DNA of 64,000 nt, taken from the NCBI GenBank assembly GCA_036396115.1, contig DASWLN010000168.1, positions 72,204-136,203 of the forward strand, written 5' to 3'. The position numbers were made by a program, and so were the translations under genes. This DNA is from Candidatus Zixiibacteriota bacterium (GTDB taxonomy: Bacteria > Zixibacteria > MSB-5A5 > DASWLN01). Below the pieces are notes generated by a model. The model searched no databases. It was not told the origin of the DNA and saw only the letters and a program-made list of their open reading frames with translations. Positions 30,477 to 39,622 of this stretch are shown here, in pieces (the stretch's first letter is position 1; each line of letters opens with the position of its first letter).

Positions 30477-31634
30477 ATGATAAAGCGAATCATCATAGAT
30501 AAATCCGACAGATTGCAGAGAATTGCGCCATTTCCCCTCCTGGAATTGGAAAGAGCCAAAAGAAGATTAAAGAGGATAAATGGTGAGTTGATAGATTTAG
30601 GAGAGTTCTCTGGTGGTTTGAAATCAATGCCCGGCTTGTCGCTTGATAAAATAGAACATCTGGATAGTAGTTTTGTTTCCAACCTAAAAAAGAAGATTGC
30701 TCTTTGGTTTGAGAATAAATATGGGGTCAAATTGAATCCGGAAAGGGAGGTCTTCCCGTTTGTGGGAAGAAAGAGAATCATTACAAAATTGACTTTGGTT
30801 TTTTTGAATGAAGGAGAAGTTGGTTTGGTTCCTAACCCAGGCAATCCGATTTATCGGACTGCAATCATCTTGGCAGATGGGAAGCCAGAGGAGTTTCCTC
30901 TCTTGGAAAGGAATGATTATCTGCCCAATCTGAGTTATGTGTTGAACAAAAACAAGAGGGCAAAGCTTATTTTCTTAAACTATCCCAATGACCCAACTTC
31001 AAGTCTGGCTGATTTGAATTTTTTTGGGGAAGCGGTGGAAATAGCCAGCCAGAATAATATCTTACTGGTAAACGACGCCACATATAGCCAGATATATTAT
31101 GATGAGCACTCGCCCTGCAGTTTGATGCAAATTAAGGGAGCGAAGAAAGTCGGAGTGGAGATTTATCTTTTTAGAGCTCCTTTGGGCGAAGTTGGGTTCT
31201 TAGTCGGAAATAGAGAGATCATATCCGGACTGGTCCAGTTGGATAAGGCGCTGGATGATAAAGATTACCTTATGTTGCGACAATTGGATTCCATATTGGA
31301 TGACTATCCTGGGAACATAAACTCATATAATCAGGAACTTGCCCAAAGAAAAGATATTCTATATGATGAGTTTTTGGGCTTGGGATGGAAGGCCAGAAAA
31401 CCCAGAAGCACACCTTTTTTCTGGATTAAGGTTCCTCCACCACATACCTCCATGGGCTTTTCTCGGCTACTTTTAAGAAAGGCAGGAGTGGTGGTGTTTC
31501 CCGGGTCAAGTTTTGGCGAGGAAGGTGAAGGGTACATCAGAATCGCACTGAATGTCCCGGTTGATGGGATCAAACAGGCCTGTCGGAGGATAAAAGAACA
31601 TTCTCATCTCTGGCAGAAGAGGTACTCACCTTAA
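30477..31634 (+). CDS. Class I/II aminotransferase-fold protein, apparently lacking the PLP-binding lysine
   Basis: Similar to DapL/AspC-type enzymes (NYPNDPTS, NDATYSQIYYD, GEGYIRIAL). The usual SxSK..GxRxG segment reads LFRAPLGEVGFLVGN, with no Lys. Confidence 0.7.
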   Translation: MIKRIIIDKSDRLQRIAPFPLLELERAKRRLKRINGELIDLGEFSGGLKSMPGLSLDKIEHLDSSFVSNLKKKIALWFENKYGVKLNPEREVFPFVGRKRIITKLTLVFLNEGEVGLVPNPGNPIYRTAIILADGKPEEFPLLERNDYLPNLSYVLNKNKRAKLIFLNYPNDPTSSLADLNFFGEAVEIASQNNILLVNDATYSQIYYDEHSPCSLMQIKGAKKVGVEIYLFRAPLGEVGFLVGNREIISGLVQLDKALDDKDYLMLRQLDSILDDYPGNINSYNQELAQRKDILYDEFLGLGWKARKPRSTPFFWIKVPPPHTSMGFSRLLLRKAGVVVFPGSSFGEEGEGYIRIALNVPVDGIKQACRRIKEHSHLWQKRYSP

Positions 31635-31880
31635 AAGGGATTATAATGGGAATTATTAGCTTGCATTTTGTGCCTGCCAAGTCCCCCCTGGCCGGGCAGG
31701 CTGACTTGGCAGAAGAATGCTGTCAGCAAGAACTTTGGGATTGCTTCGCCCCCTACGAGGGCTCGCAATGACAACACTACACTGTCATTGCGAGGAGTCC
31801 AGCCAAAGGTGAGACGACGAAGCGATCTCGTTTTAATCGTAGGGGATTCAAGAATTTGAACCTTTATAGGAAAGTGTGAA
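31635..31880. repeat. Repeat mosaic
   Basis: CCCTGGCCGGGCAGG (31686-31700), GATTGCTTCG...CTCGCAATGAC, and a second GTCATTGCGAG unit. Confidence 0.6.
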
Positions 31881-32246
31881 ATGGGAATCATCCGTTTGCA
31901 CAATATGACCTTCTATGGTTTTCATGGAGTTTCTCCGGCTGAGAAGGAAACCGGCAGAAGGTTTGAGGCGGATGTCGAATTGCATTTAGATTTGGATAAG
32001 GCAGCACAGAGCGACAAACTTAAAGATACAGTCAACTACACTGAGGTTTATAATACAGTCCAGCAGTTGATTATGGAGAACAAGTTTTCGCTTTTAGAAA
32101 CCATAGGAGTGAGGTTAGCGGAAAAGATATTAGAGAAGTTTGGCGTGGAAGAGGTGCTTGTTCGTGTCAGAAAAAAGATTCCACCAATTCCCGGAAATTT
32201 AGATGATATTGAAGTGGAAGTCAGAAGGGAAAGGAAAAAGGAATAA
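31881..32246 (+). CDS. folB: Dihydroneopterin aldolase
   Basis: FYGFHGV..EK..G..F..DVEL motif. 121 aa. Upstream of folK. Confidence 0.9.
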   Translation: MGIIRLHNMTFYGFHGVSPAEKETGRRFEADVELHLDLDKAAQSDKLKDTVNYTEVYNTVQQLIMENKFSLLETIGVRLAEKILEKFGVEEVLVRVRKKIPPIPGNLDDIEVEVRRERKKE

Positions 32247-32282
32247 GGAAAAAAGGAAAAAGGGAAAAAGAAAGAAGAACAT

Positions 32283-32786
32283 TTGGAGATTGTATATATT
32301 GGAGTCGGCTCGAACTTGGGGGATAAGAAAAGTAACATCCAGAAAGCAATTGATAGCATAAAAGAAAAAAGGATATTAAGGGAAATTAAAGCCTCTTCCC
32401 TATATTTGACCGAGCCGGTTGGAAAAAAAGGGCAACCTGATTTTTTGAACTTAGTTATCAAGGGTAAAACCGAACTTACCCCCTTTGAATTGCTCGACTC
32501 TCTTTTGGAAATAGAAAAGAATTTAGGTAGAAAAAGAAAAGAAAAGTGGGGACCCAGGGAGATCGATTTAGACATCCTGTTTTATGATGATATGGTAGTG
32601 AACCAAGAAAACCTGGTCATACCCCATCCGGAAATACCGAATCGGAGATTTGTCTTGGTTTCTTTAATGGAACTCTCACCAGATTTGAAGCATCCGCTTT
32701 TAAACAAGAACATAAAACAGCTTTTAAAAGACACAAAAGACCATTCCAAAGTAGAACCTTACGGGGGAATTTATGCAGGAGAATAG
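32283..32786 (+). CDS. folK: 6-hydroxymethyl-7,8-dihydropterin pyrophosphokinase
   Basis: IGVGSNLGDK, WGPREIDLDIL and IPHPE motifs. Confidence 0.9.
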   Translation: MEIVYIGVGSNLGDKKSNIQKAIDSIKEKRILREIKASSLYLTEPVGKKGQPDFLNLVIKGKTELTPFELLDSLLEIEKNLGRKRKEKWGPREIDLDILFYDDMVVNQENLVIPHPEIPNRRFVLVSLMELSPDLKHPLLNKNIKQLLKDTKDHSKVEPYGGIYAGE

Positions 32787-33411
32787 TTATATTGCAGTGG
32801 AAGGGGCTATCGGCGTAGGGAAGACCAGTCTGGCTAAGCTCTTGACTGAGAAGACAAGTGCCCGTCTGGTCTTAGAGCAGGTGGAGGATAATCCGTTCCT
32901 GGATGATTTTTACAAAGATAGAGCAAGGTATGCTTTCCCCGCCCAGATATTTTTTATTTTAACTCGTTTCAGGCAACAGCAGGAGATGCACACCACGGAC
33001 CTTTTTTACAAGAGGGTGATTTGCGACTACATCTTTGCCAAGGATAGAATATTCGCCTCAATCAATCTTGCCTCCAGAGAGCTTCATCTGTATGAGTCAA
33101 TCCTTTCCCTTTTGGAAAAGGACATAGCCAAACCGGATTTGGTGATCTATCTTCAAGCCTCAACTGAAACTTTGATGAAGAGAATCAGAAGGAGAGATAG
33201 GGAATATGAAAGAGGCATGGATTATCAGTATTTACAGGAGTTAAATGAAGCTTATAATAATTTCTTTTTTCACTACACCCAGACCCCGCTTCTGGTGGTG
33301 AACACGGATAGAATAGATTTTGTCAAGAATCCCAAACATTTAGATGATTTAGTGGAGAAGATCAAGCAACCTCATTCAGGCACAAAATATTATGTCCCTT
33401 TTGGGGAGTAG
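32773..33411 (+). CDS. Deoxynucleoside kinase family protein
   Basis: P-loop EGAIGVGKTS and dNK-family ERS-like region. About 210 aa. Confidence 0.85.
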   Translation: MQENSYIAVEGAIGVGKTSLAKLLTEKTSARLVLEQVEDNPFLDDFYKDRARYAFPAQIFFILTRFRQQQEMHTTDLFYKRVICDYIFAKDRIFASINLASRELHLYESILSLLEKDIAKPDLVIYLQASTETLMKRIRRRDREYERGMDYQYLQELNEAYNNFFFHYTQTPLLVVNTDRIDFVKNPKHLDDLVEKIKQPHSGTKYYVPFGE

Positions 33412-33420
33412 AGAAAATCT

Positions 33421-34227
33421 ATGACTAAGCAGGATAAAGTTACAGTTAAAAGCTTCATCCAGATGAAAAAAGAGGGGGAAAAGATTGCGGTTTTGACTGC
33501 TTACGATTTCTTCACCGCCAAGATCCTGGATGAAATTGGAATGGACTCAATCTTGGTTGGCGACAGCGCCAATATGGTTTTTTATGGCGCTAAAACAACT
33601 CTTTCCATAACAATGGAACAGATGATCTATCATACCAAAGCGGTCTCCTCTGCCACTAAGAGGGCTTTGGTCATTGGCGATATGCCATTTTTATCTTATC
33701 AAACCTCGGTTTCGGAGGCTGTTCATAATGCCGGACTTTTCCTAAAAGAAGGTGGGGCAGAGGCAGTAAAGATTGAAGGTGGATTGGAAATGATTGATAC
33801 CATAAAGAAAATAATTGATGCAGGAATACCGGTGATGGGGCACATCGGTTTAGTTCCTCAATCCATTCACCGTTTTGGGGGATACCATACCCAGGGAAAA
33901 GACCAGAAAACTAGAAAATATCTTTTGGAAAGTGCCAAAAGCTTAGAACAAACAGGGTGCTTCTCAATGGTTTTGGAAGCCATCCCAATTGAGTTAGCCA
34001 AAGAGATAACCCAATCCATTAGCATTCCCACTATCGGCATAGGGGCTGGAGTCTCCTGTGATGGTCAGGTTTTGGTGATAAATGACCTTTTGGGTCTATT
34101 TGATGAATTTAAGCCGAAATTCGTCAGGCGCTATGCCCACCTTTCAGACGAGATAAGAAAAGCTTGCGGGGAATATTTGAAAGATGTGAAAGCAGGGGGT
34201 TTTCCGTCTACAGAAGAAAGCTACTAA
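33421..34227 (+). CDS. panB: 3-methyl-2-oxobutanoate hydroxymethyltransferase
   Basis: LTAYD, VGDS, and KIEGG motifs. Confidence 0.95.
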   Translation: MTKQDKVTVKSFIQMKKEGEKIAVLTAYDFFTAKILDEIGMDSILVGDSANMVFYGAKTTLSITMEQMIYHTKAVSSATKRALVIGDMPFLSYQTSVSEAVHNAGLFLKEGGAEAVKIEGGLEMIDTIKKIIDAGIPVMGHIGLVPQSIHRFGGYHTQGKDQKTRKYLLESAKSLEQTGCFSMVLEAIPIELAKEITQSISIPTIGIGAGVSCDGQVLVINDLLGLFDEFKPKFVRRYAHLSDEIRKACGEYLKDVKAGGFPSTEESY

Positions 34228-34298
34228 AAAAATTAAAAATTAAAAAATAAAAATGAAAAATTGAAAAGCAAAATTCAAAATACGGAACAAAGAGAAAA

Positions 34299-34676
34299 AT
34301 GAAAAATTGCAATTCAAAATTCAAAGATGATATAAAGAAAAGAACCTATTTTTATGCATTGGAGGTTATGCGGTCGTTAGAGCAGTTGCCGAAAAACGAT
34401 TTTTCTGCTGATATTGTTGCTAAACAGTTGCTACGCAGCGCTACAAGCATAGGTGCAAATATAATTGAGGCACAAGCGGCTGGTTCTAAAAGAGACTTTA
34501 CCAATTACCTTCGCTATTCTCTTAAATCGGCCAATGAAAGCAAGTTCTGGATTGCCCTTCTGAGAGATTCCGGTAAGTTAAATAGGGAACTCTCCAATTC
34601 TTTGCTTGAGGAAGCTAAAGAATTGGCTAATATTTTGGGCAAAAGCATCCTTACTTTAAAAAACAAAAACCTATAA
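34299..34676 (+). CDS. Four-helix-bundle protein (23S rRNA intervening-sequence protein family)
   Basis: QLLRSATSIGANIIEAQAAGSKRDF...SLKSANESKFW matches the family hallmark (RS..SI.ANIAEG...S..EF...A.GS..E). Confidence 0.85.
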   Translation: MKNCNSKFKDDIKKRTYFYALEVMRSLEQLPKNDFSADIVAKQLLRSATSIGANIIEAQAAGSKRDFTNYLRYSLKSANESKFWIALLRDSGKLNRELSNSLLEEAKELANILGKSILTLKNKNL

Positions 34677-34733
34677 TTTTTATTTTTAAATTGTAATTTT
34701 AAATTTGTCATTTTTCATTTTGGATTTATTTTG

Positions 34734-35579
34734 ATGAAGATAATAACCTCGCCAAATAGAATGCAGGAAATCTGCAACAAGATGCAAAGGGATGGCAAAG
34801 TCGTCGGCTTTGTCCCTACGATGGGGTATCTGCACAAAGGACATCTAAGTCTAGTTCGTGTTGCTAAGAAGAAAAGCGACGTTCTAGTTGTCAGCATCTT
34901 TGTCAATCCTGCTCAATTTGGACCGAAAGAGGATTTCAAAAGATATCCCAGGGATTTCGCTCGGGATGGAGATTTACTTAAAGAAGAGGGATGCGACTAC
35001 GTTTTTGCCCCAAAGACAAAAAATATGTATCCCGAAAGTTATTCTACCTTCATTGAAGTCAATGGATTAAGTTCGAAATTAGAAGGGGCTTCTCGGCCTG
35101 GTCATTTTAAAGGAGTTACCACGATTGTAGCAAAACTTTTTCATATAGTACAGCCAGACATTGCAGTTTTTGGTCAGAAAGATGCCCAGCAAGTGGTAAT
35201 TATAAACAAGATGGTGAAAGACCTGAATTTCAAAACCAAGATAGTCATTGCCCCAACTGTTCGAGAAAAAGATGGACTGGCACAAAGCTCGAGAAATAAA
35301 TATCTCTCCCCAAAACAAAGAAAAGACGCCACGGTTTTGTATGAGTCTCTGGCTTTGGCCAAAGGTTTAATAAGAAATGGCGAAAAAGACGCAAAGACTA
35401 TCGTAAATAAAATGAGGGAGCTAATAAACAAAGAAAAGGGTGCCAAAATAGACTATATCGCTATAGCCAATACGGAAAACCTGAATCCAATAGAAAAAAT
35501 CAAAGGTGAAGTTCTGATATCCTTAGCAGTGCAGTTCGGCAAGACCAGACTGATTGATAATATCAAAATGAAAATTTGA
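34734..35579 (+). CDS. panC: Pantoate-beta-alanine ligase
   Basis: [18 protein letters not shown]-like motif and FGQKDAQQ. Confidence 0.95.
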   Translation: MKIITSPNRMQEICNKMQRDGKVVGFVPTMGYLHKGHLSLVRVAKKKSDVLVVSIFVNPAQFGPKEDFKRYPRDFARDGDLLKEEGCDYVFAPKTKNMYPESYSTFIEVNGLSSKLEGASRPGHFKGVTTIVAKLFHIVQPDIAVFGQKDAQQVVIINKMVKDLNFKTKIVIAPTVREKDGLAQSSRNKYLSPKQRKDATVLYESLALAKGLIRNGEKDAKTIVNKMRELINKEKGAKIDYIAIANTENLNPIEKIKGEVLISLAVQFGKTRLIDNIKMKI

Positions 35580-35589
35580 GGAGAAAAAG

Positions 35590-35940
35590 ATGTTAATCAC
35601 TATCTGCAAATCAAAAATCCATCGAGTCAAAGTCACTGAAGCTGATTTAGACTATGAGGGTAGTATAACTATTGATGTTGAGATTTTGAAAAAGGCGGAT
35701 ATTCTTCCTTACGAGAAGGTTCAGGTGGTTAACAACAACAACGGAGCCAGATTTGAGACCTATGTTATCCCCGGTAAGAAGGGTTCGGGTGTCATCTGCC
35801 TAAATGGTGCGGCTGCCCGCCTGGGCGAAGTTGGAGATATCCTGATAATCATCTCCTATTGTGAGCTGGAAAAAGAGGAAGCTGCCAAATACAGACCAAA
35901 AATTGTGCTGGTGGATAAGAAGAATAAACCCATTAAATAA
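35590..35940 (+). CDS. panD: Aspartate 1-decarboxylase
   Basis: [23 protein letters not shown], including the Gly-Ser self-processing site. Confidence 0.95.
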   Translation: MLITICKSKIHRVKVTEADLDYEGSITIDVEILKKADILPYEKVQVVNNNNGARFETYVIPGKKGSGVICLNGAAARLGEVGDILIIISYCELEKEEAAKYRPKIVLVDKKNKPIK

Positions 35941-35941
35941 G

Positions 35942-36682
35942 ATGAAAAAGTTAGCTGTAATTATCTTAGCCGCAGGCAAGGGGAAGAGAATGAAGTCGGA
36001 TCTGCCCAAGGTTTTGCACAAAATAGATAGCAAGCCCTTGATAGATTATGTCATTTCAACTGCAAGAGAAATAAATCCGCAAAGGATAATTGTGGTTATT
36101 GGGCATAAATATCAGATGGTGAAGGAGTATTTAAGAGATCCCGATCTAGAATTCGTCATACAAAAGGAGCAGTTAGGCACAGGCCATGCGGTTATGCAAA
36201 CCGAAAAAATCTTTGGCGATTTTGATGGTACAATTGTGGTATTATGTGGGGATGTCCCTTTTTTGAAGGCAGAGACAATTAAGGAGTTAATTCAGGAGCA
36301 TCATAAAGCCAGAGCCTCTGCCACTGTCCTGACCACAATTTTAGATGACCCCAAAGGATATGGCAGAATAAAAAGAGATGGGAACAATCTGGTGGAGAAA
36401 ATTGTAGAAGAAATAGATACCACAAGCCAGGAGAAAAAGCTCAAGGAGATAAACAGCGGGATTTTTTGTTTTGAATCTAAGTTGCTGTTTGAGACATTGC
36501 ATCAGGTCGATACCAACAATAAACAACGGGAATATTATCTAACCGATGTTTTAAAGCTAATGCGGGATAAAAAGCTGCCAGTAGCAGCTGTGGTTTGTCC
36601 TTGTGCTTCTGAGGTTAGTGGAGTCAACTCCATAGAGCAACTTAAACAAATGGAAAAAGCATCTAACTTTCGTGTCAAGTAA
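35942..36682 (+). CDS. GlmU-like sugar-1-phosphate nucleotidyltransferase domain only (no left-handed beta-helix acetyltransferase domain)
   Basis: ILAAGKGKRMKSDLPKVLH and QLGTGHAV motifs. 246 aa versus about 450 aa for bifunctional GlmU. Confidence 0.75.
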   Translation: MKKLAVIILAAGKGKRMKSDLPKVLHKIDSKPLIDYVISTAREINPQRIIVVIGHKYQMVKEYLRDPDLEFVIQKEQLGTGHAVMQTEKIFGDFDGTIVVLCGDVPFLKAETIKELIQEHHKARASATVLTTILDDPKGYGRIKRDGNNLVEKIVEEIDTTSQEKKLKEINSGIFCFESKLLFETLHQVDTNNKQREYYLTDVLKLMRDKKLPVAAVVCPCASEVSGVNSIEQLKQMEKASNFRVK

Positions 36683-36741
36683 ACGTATCATAAAAAGAGT
36701 TGACAAATAAGGTATTGGGAATGTATATTTCAGGTGTGCTT

Positions 36742-37176
36742 ATGAAGAAAGCGATTATACTATTCGTCGTTTTAGGATTCTTGGCCACAGGCACGGCTTC
36801 CCTCTGGGCTCAAAGCGTAGAACAATCGAAAGTATCCCTGACTGGCCAGACAAAGTTCTCCAGCTACAGTCTATTGGATCCGAGCAAAATAGATTTACAT
36901 CATAGTTATTCTTTTGCCTATTTCTCAGGTAGCCAGGGAAGTTTCGGCTTGGGGATTTATACTGCAGTTTTGGATTATCGCATCTCTTCTCCTTTGAGTT
37001 TGAGATTGGGCCTTTCTTATCTACATCAACCCTTAGGACGATTGAGCAATAAGACTAACCTTAACATAAAGCAGTCGATTTTACCGAGCTTTGAATTGCG
37101 ATATGAACCCAATGAGAAAACTTTTATCTTTTTAGGTTTCTCCACTTCAAATCCTTATTTTTTTCAAACAGAATAG
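36742..37176 (+). CDS. Small secreted beta-rich hypothetical protein
   Basis: Signal peptide MKKAIILFVVLGFLATGTASLWAQ. No recognisable motifs. Confidence 0.5.
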   Translation: MKKAIILFVVLGFLATGTASLWAQSVEQSKVSLTGQTKFSSYSLLDPSKIDLHHSYSFAYFSGSQGSFGLGIYTAVLDYRISSPLSLRLGLSYLHQPLGRLSNKTNLNIKQSILPSFELRYEPNEKTFIFLGFSTSNPYFFQTE

Positions 37177-37267
37177 CCTCAAGAATGGATATGTTCATCT
37201 TAAAACAGGTGTTCAAAGAGGAGTGATTACACCCTAGCCCTTTTATATTTCCTGAAAAATCTTCATT

Positions 37268-37759
37268 ATGCCCAAGAGAAGCGAATCAGCACATTTCTAC
37301 AAGAGAAGAGAAAAGAAGAAACAAAGTCGCGAGGTTAAGGACTGGATAATAATCCTCTTGACTCTTATTCTAGTGGTCTATGCTCTTTCCCTGGCTAGTC
37401 ATTTGACTTTGAATAAAGCCCAGGGCTCGGGAACCGAAGAACCAACCTACCTTAGAGTGCAGATACTGAATGGTTGTAAAGAAAGCGGACTGGCAGAAAA
37501 AGTCCGCGACCAGTTGATTTCCAAAAGATGGGAGAAGTTCGCTTTCGATGTTGTGGATGTGGGTAATTTTGGAGATTCCATTATTTCCCAAACCTTGATA
37601 CTGGATCGTAAAGGGCAGGATAAAAGAGTCTTTGAGGTGGCAAATATTTTAGGAATAAAAAAAGAGAATGTGCTTTTGAAGAGATTGGAAGACAACTACC
37701 TGGATATAGACCTGTCCATAATCTTGGGGGCTGATTATTCCCGGATATTCAAGAACTGA
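37268..37759 (+). CDS. Membrane-anchored LytR_C-domain protein
   Basis: One TM segment, then LRVQILNGCKESGLAEKV...D similar to the LytR C-terminal domain. Confidence 0.6.
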   Translation: MPKRSESAHFYKRREKKKQSREVKDWIIILLTLILVVYALSLASHLTLNKAQGSGTEEPTYLRVQILNGCKESGLAEKVRDQLISKRWEKFAFDVVDVGNFGDSIISQTLILDRKGQDKRVFEVANILGIKKENVLLKRLEDNYLDIDLSIILGADYSRIFKN

Positions 37760-37781
37760 ATTCAAAAAAGGAGATGCAAAA

Positions 37782-38159
37782 GTAGATTCCAGAAAGCTGG
37801 CTAAGCTGGCAGGTGGGTTAGCCTTAGAGAAAAAGGGTCTGGATATAAGGGTTCTGGATTTAAGAAAACTCACCTCGGTAAGCGATTTCTTTGTTATCTG
37901 CACTGCCAGCGTGGAGGTGCACGCTAAGGCTATTGCTGATTGGATAGTAGAGAATCTGGAAAGAAAGGGATTCAAGGTCTGGCACAATGAGGGTTATCAG
38001 GCTTGCCGCTGGATACTTCTGGACTATGTGGATGTGGTGGTGCATATCTTCCTGAAGGAAGTGCGGGAGTTTTACGGCTTGGAAAAGCTATGGGGGGATG
38101 CTCCGGCCATAGAAATTTACGATAAACCATCTTCCAAAAAAACAAATAAGAAGACTTAA
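37782..38159 (+). CDS. rsfS: Ribosomal silencing factor (iojap family); start codon unresolved
   Basis: DFFVICTASVEVHAKAIAD...WILLDYVDVVVHIF...FYGLEKLWGDA. The conserved frame extends upstream to about 37782 with no canonical start. ATG 37774 is one frame off. Confidence 0.8.
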   Translation, partial: VDSRKLAKLAGGLALEKKGLDIRVLDLRKLTSVSDFFVICTASVEVHAKAIADWIVENLERKGFKVWHNEGYQACRWILLDYVDVVVHIFLKEVREFYGLEKLWGDAPAIEIYDKPSSKKTNKKT

Positions 38160-38311
38160 GTTGGGCATCTAGCAGTCGATATACTAAGATAGAACCTCAA
38201 ACAAAACTTTCTTTTCAATTCTATATTGTTCTGTTGGAACTTCAAATGAAAAACTTAAGGTATAATCCGATAAGTTGGATAAATCATATTTCATAAAAGA
38301 GGTGGAGATTT

Positions 38312-39559
38312 ATGGATATCGTGGAACTCAAAAGCAAAACCATTGCAGAGCTGACAGGTCTGGCTGAAGAGCTGGAGATACCGGGTGTAAGCGGATTCCG
38401 GAAGCAGGAGTTAATCTTTAAGATCTTGGAAGCCAAGACAGAGAAAAATGGGCTTATTTTCGCGGAAGGGGTGTTGGAGATATTACCTGAAGGATACGGA
38501 TTCTTGCGCTCACCGGATTATAACTATCTTCCCGGTCCAGACGATATCTATGTCTCGCCTTCTCAGATAAAGAGGTTCGACCTGCGCAAGGGGGATACAG
38601 TCTCCGGGCAGGTTAGGCCGCCTAAGGATTCGGAAAAATATTTTGCCCTGCTTAAGATTGAGGCGGTGAATTTTGAAAATCCGGAAGTTGCCAAGCATAA
38701 GATACTCTTCGACAACCTGACTCCGCTTTATCCGGAAAAGAAGATAAAGTTAGAGATTAGCCCGAATGAAGTCTCTATGCGTATTCTGGACTTGCTCGCT
38801 CCTATCGGGAAAGGTCAGAGAGCTTTGATTGTGTCTCCACCCAAAGCCGGCAAGACCATACTCCTGCAGAAAATAGCCAACAGCGTCACCACCAATCATC
38901 CGGAAATTAAGTTGATTGTCCTTTTGATTGACGAAAGGCCGGAAGAGGTTACAGATATGAAAAGGTCAGTCAAAGGCGAGGTTATAAGCTCAACCTTTGA
39001 TGAGCCAGCAGATAGGCACGTGCAGGTGGCGGATATGGTAATTGAGAAAGCCAAAAGATTGGTGGAGCATCAGCAGGATGTAGTTATACTTCTGGATAGC
39101 ATCACCCGTTTAGCCCGGGCACATAATGCGGTTGTCCCTCACAGTGGAAAAATCTTATCCGGAGGGGTAGATGCCAATGCCCTGCAAAGGCCCAAGCGCT
39201 TCTTCGGAGCAGCCAGGAACATCGAAGAGGGCGGGAGTTTGACCATTGTGGCTACTGCCTTAATAGAGACGGGAAGCAGGATGGATGACGTCATCTTTGA
39301 GGAGTTCAAGGGAACCGGCAATATGGAAATGGTTCTGGACAGAAGACTTTCTGACAGGAGAATCTTCCCAGCCATAGATATAAATCGCTCCGGCACACGC
39401 AAAGAGGAGCTGTTGTTCAGCGAAGAGGAATTAAACAAGGTCTGGATTTTAAGAAGATTCTTGAATGAGATGAATGCGGTTGAAGCTATGGAATTCCTCC
39501 TGGATAGAGTGAAAAAAACCAAGAACAACAAGCAGTTTTTGGATTCAATGAAGGAGTAG
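38312..39559 (+). CDS. rho: Transcription termination factor Rho
   Basis: N-terminal RNA-binding domain, Walker A PPKAGKT, and the RFFGAARN region. Confidence 0.95.
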   Translation: MDIVELKSKTIAELTGLAEELEIPGVSGFRKQELIFKILEAKTEKNGLIFAEGVLEILPEGYGFLRSPDYNYLPGPDDIYVSPSQIKRFDLRKGDTVSGQVRPPKDSEKYFALLKIEAVNFENPEVAKHKILFDNLTPLYPEKKIKLEISPNEVSMRILDLLAPIGKGQRALIVSPPKAGKTILLQKIANSVTTNHPEIKLIVLLIDERPEEVTDMKRSVKGEVISSTFDEPADRHVQVADMVIEKAKRLVEHQQDVVILLDSITRLARAHNAVVPHSGKILSGGVDANALQRPKRFFGAARNIEEGGSLTIVATALIETGSRMDDVIFEEFKGTGNMEMVLDRRLSDRRIFPAIDINRSGTRKEELLFSEEELNKVWILRRFLNEMNAVEAMEFLLDRVKKTKNNKQFLDSMKE

Positions 39560-39587
39560 ATAGTTGCAGGCAGATTATTCTTCTTAA

Positions 39588-39622
39588 GTAGGGGCGAGGT
39601 TGCCTCGCCCCTACTTTTTTTC
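39588..39622 (+). terminator. Intrinsic terminator after rho
   Basis: 12-bp perfect stem GTAGGGGCGAGG/CCTCGCCCCTAC, 3-nt loop, then TTTTTTT. Confidence 0.7.

Noticed and set aside
32048-32575. Long antisense ORFs in the track. Examples: 32048-32575, 27530-27955, 7827-8228, 3888-4340, 42406-42825 and 39139-39531.
   Set aside because: Each lies opposite a well-supported conserved gene, has low-complexity Ser/Leu/Phe-rich composition, and has no motifs. They are typical shadow ORFs of AT-rich coding DNA.
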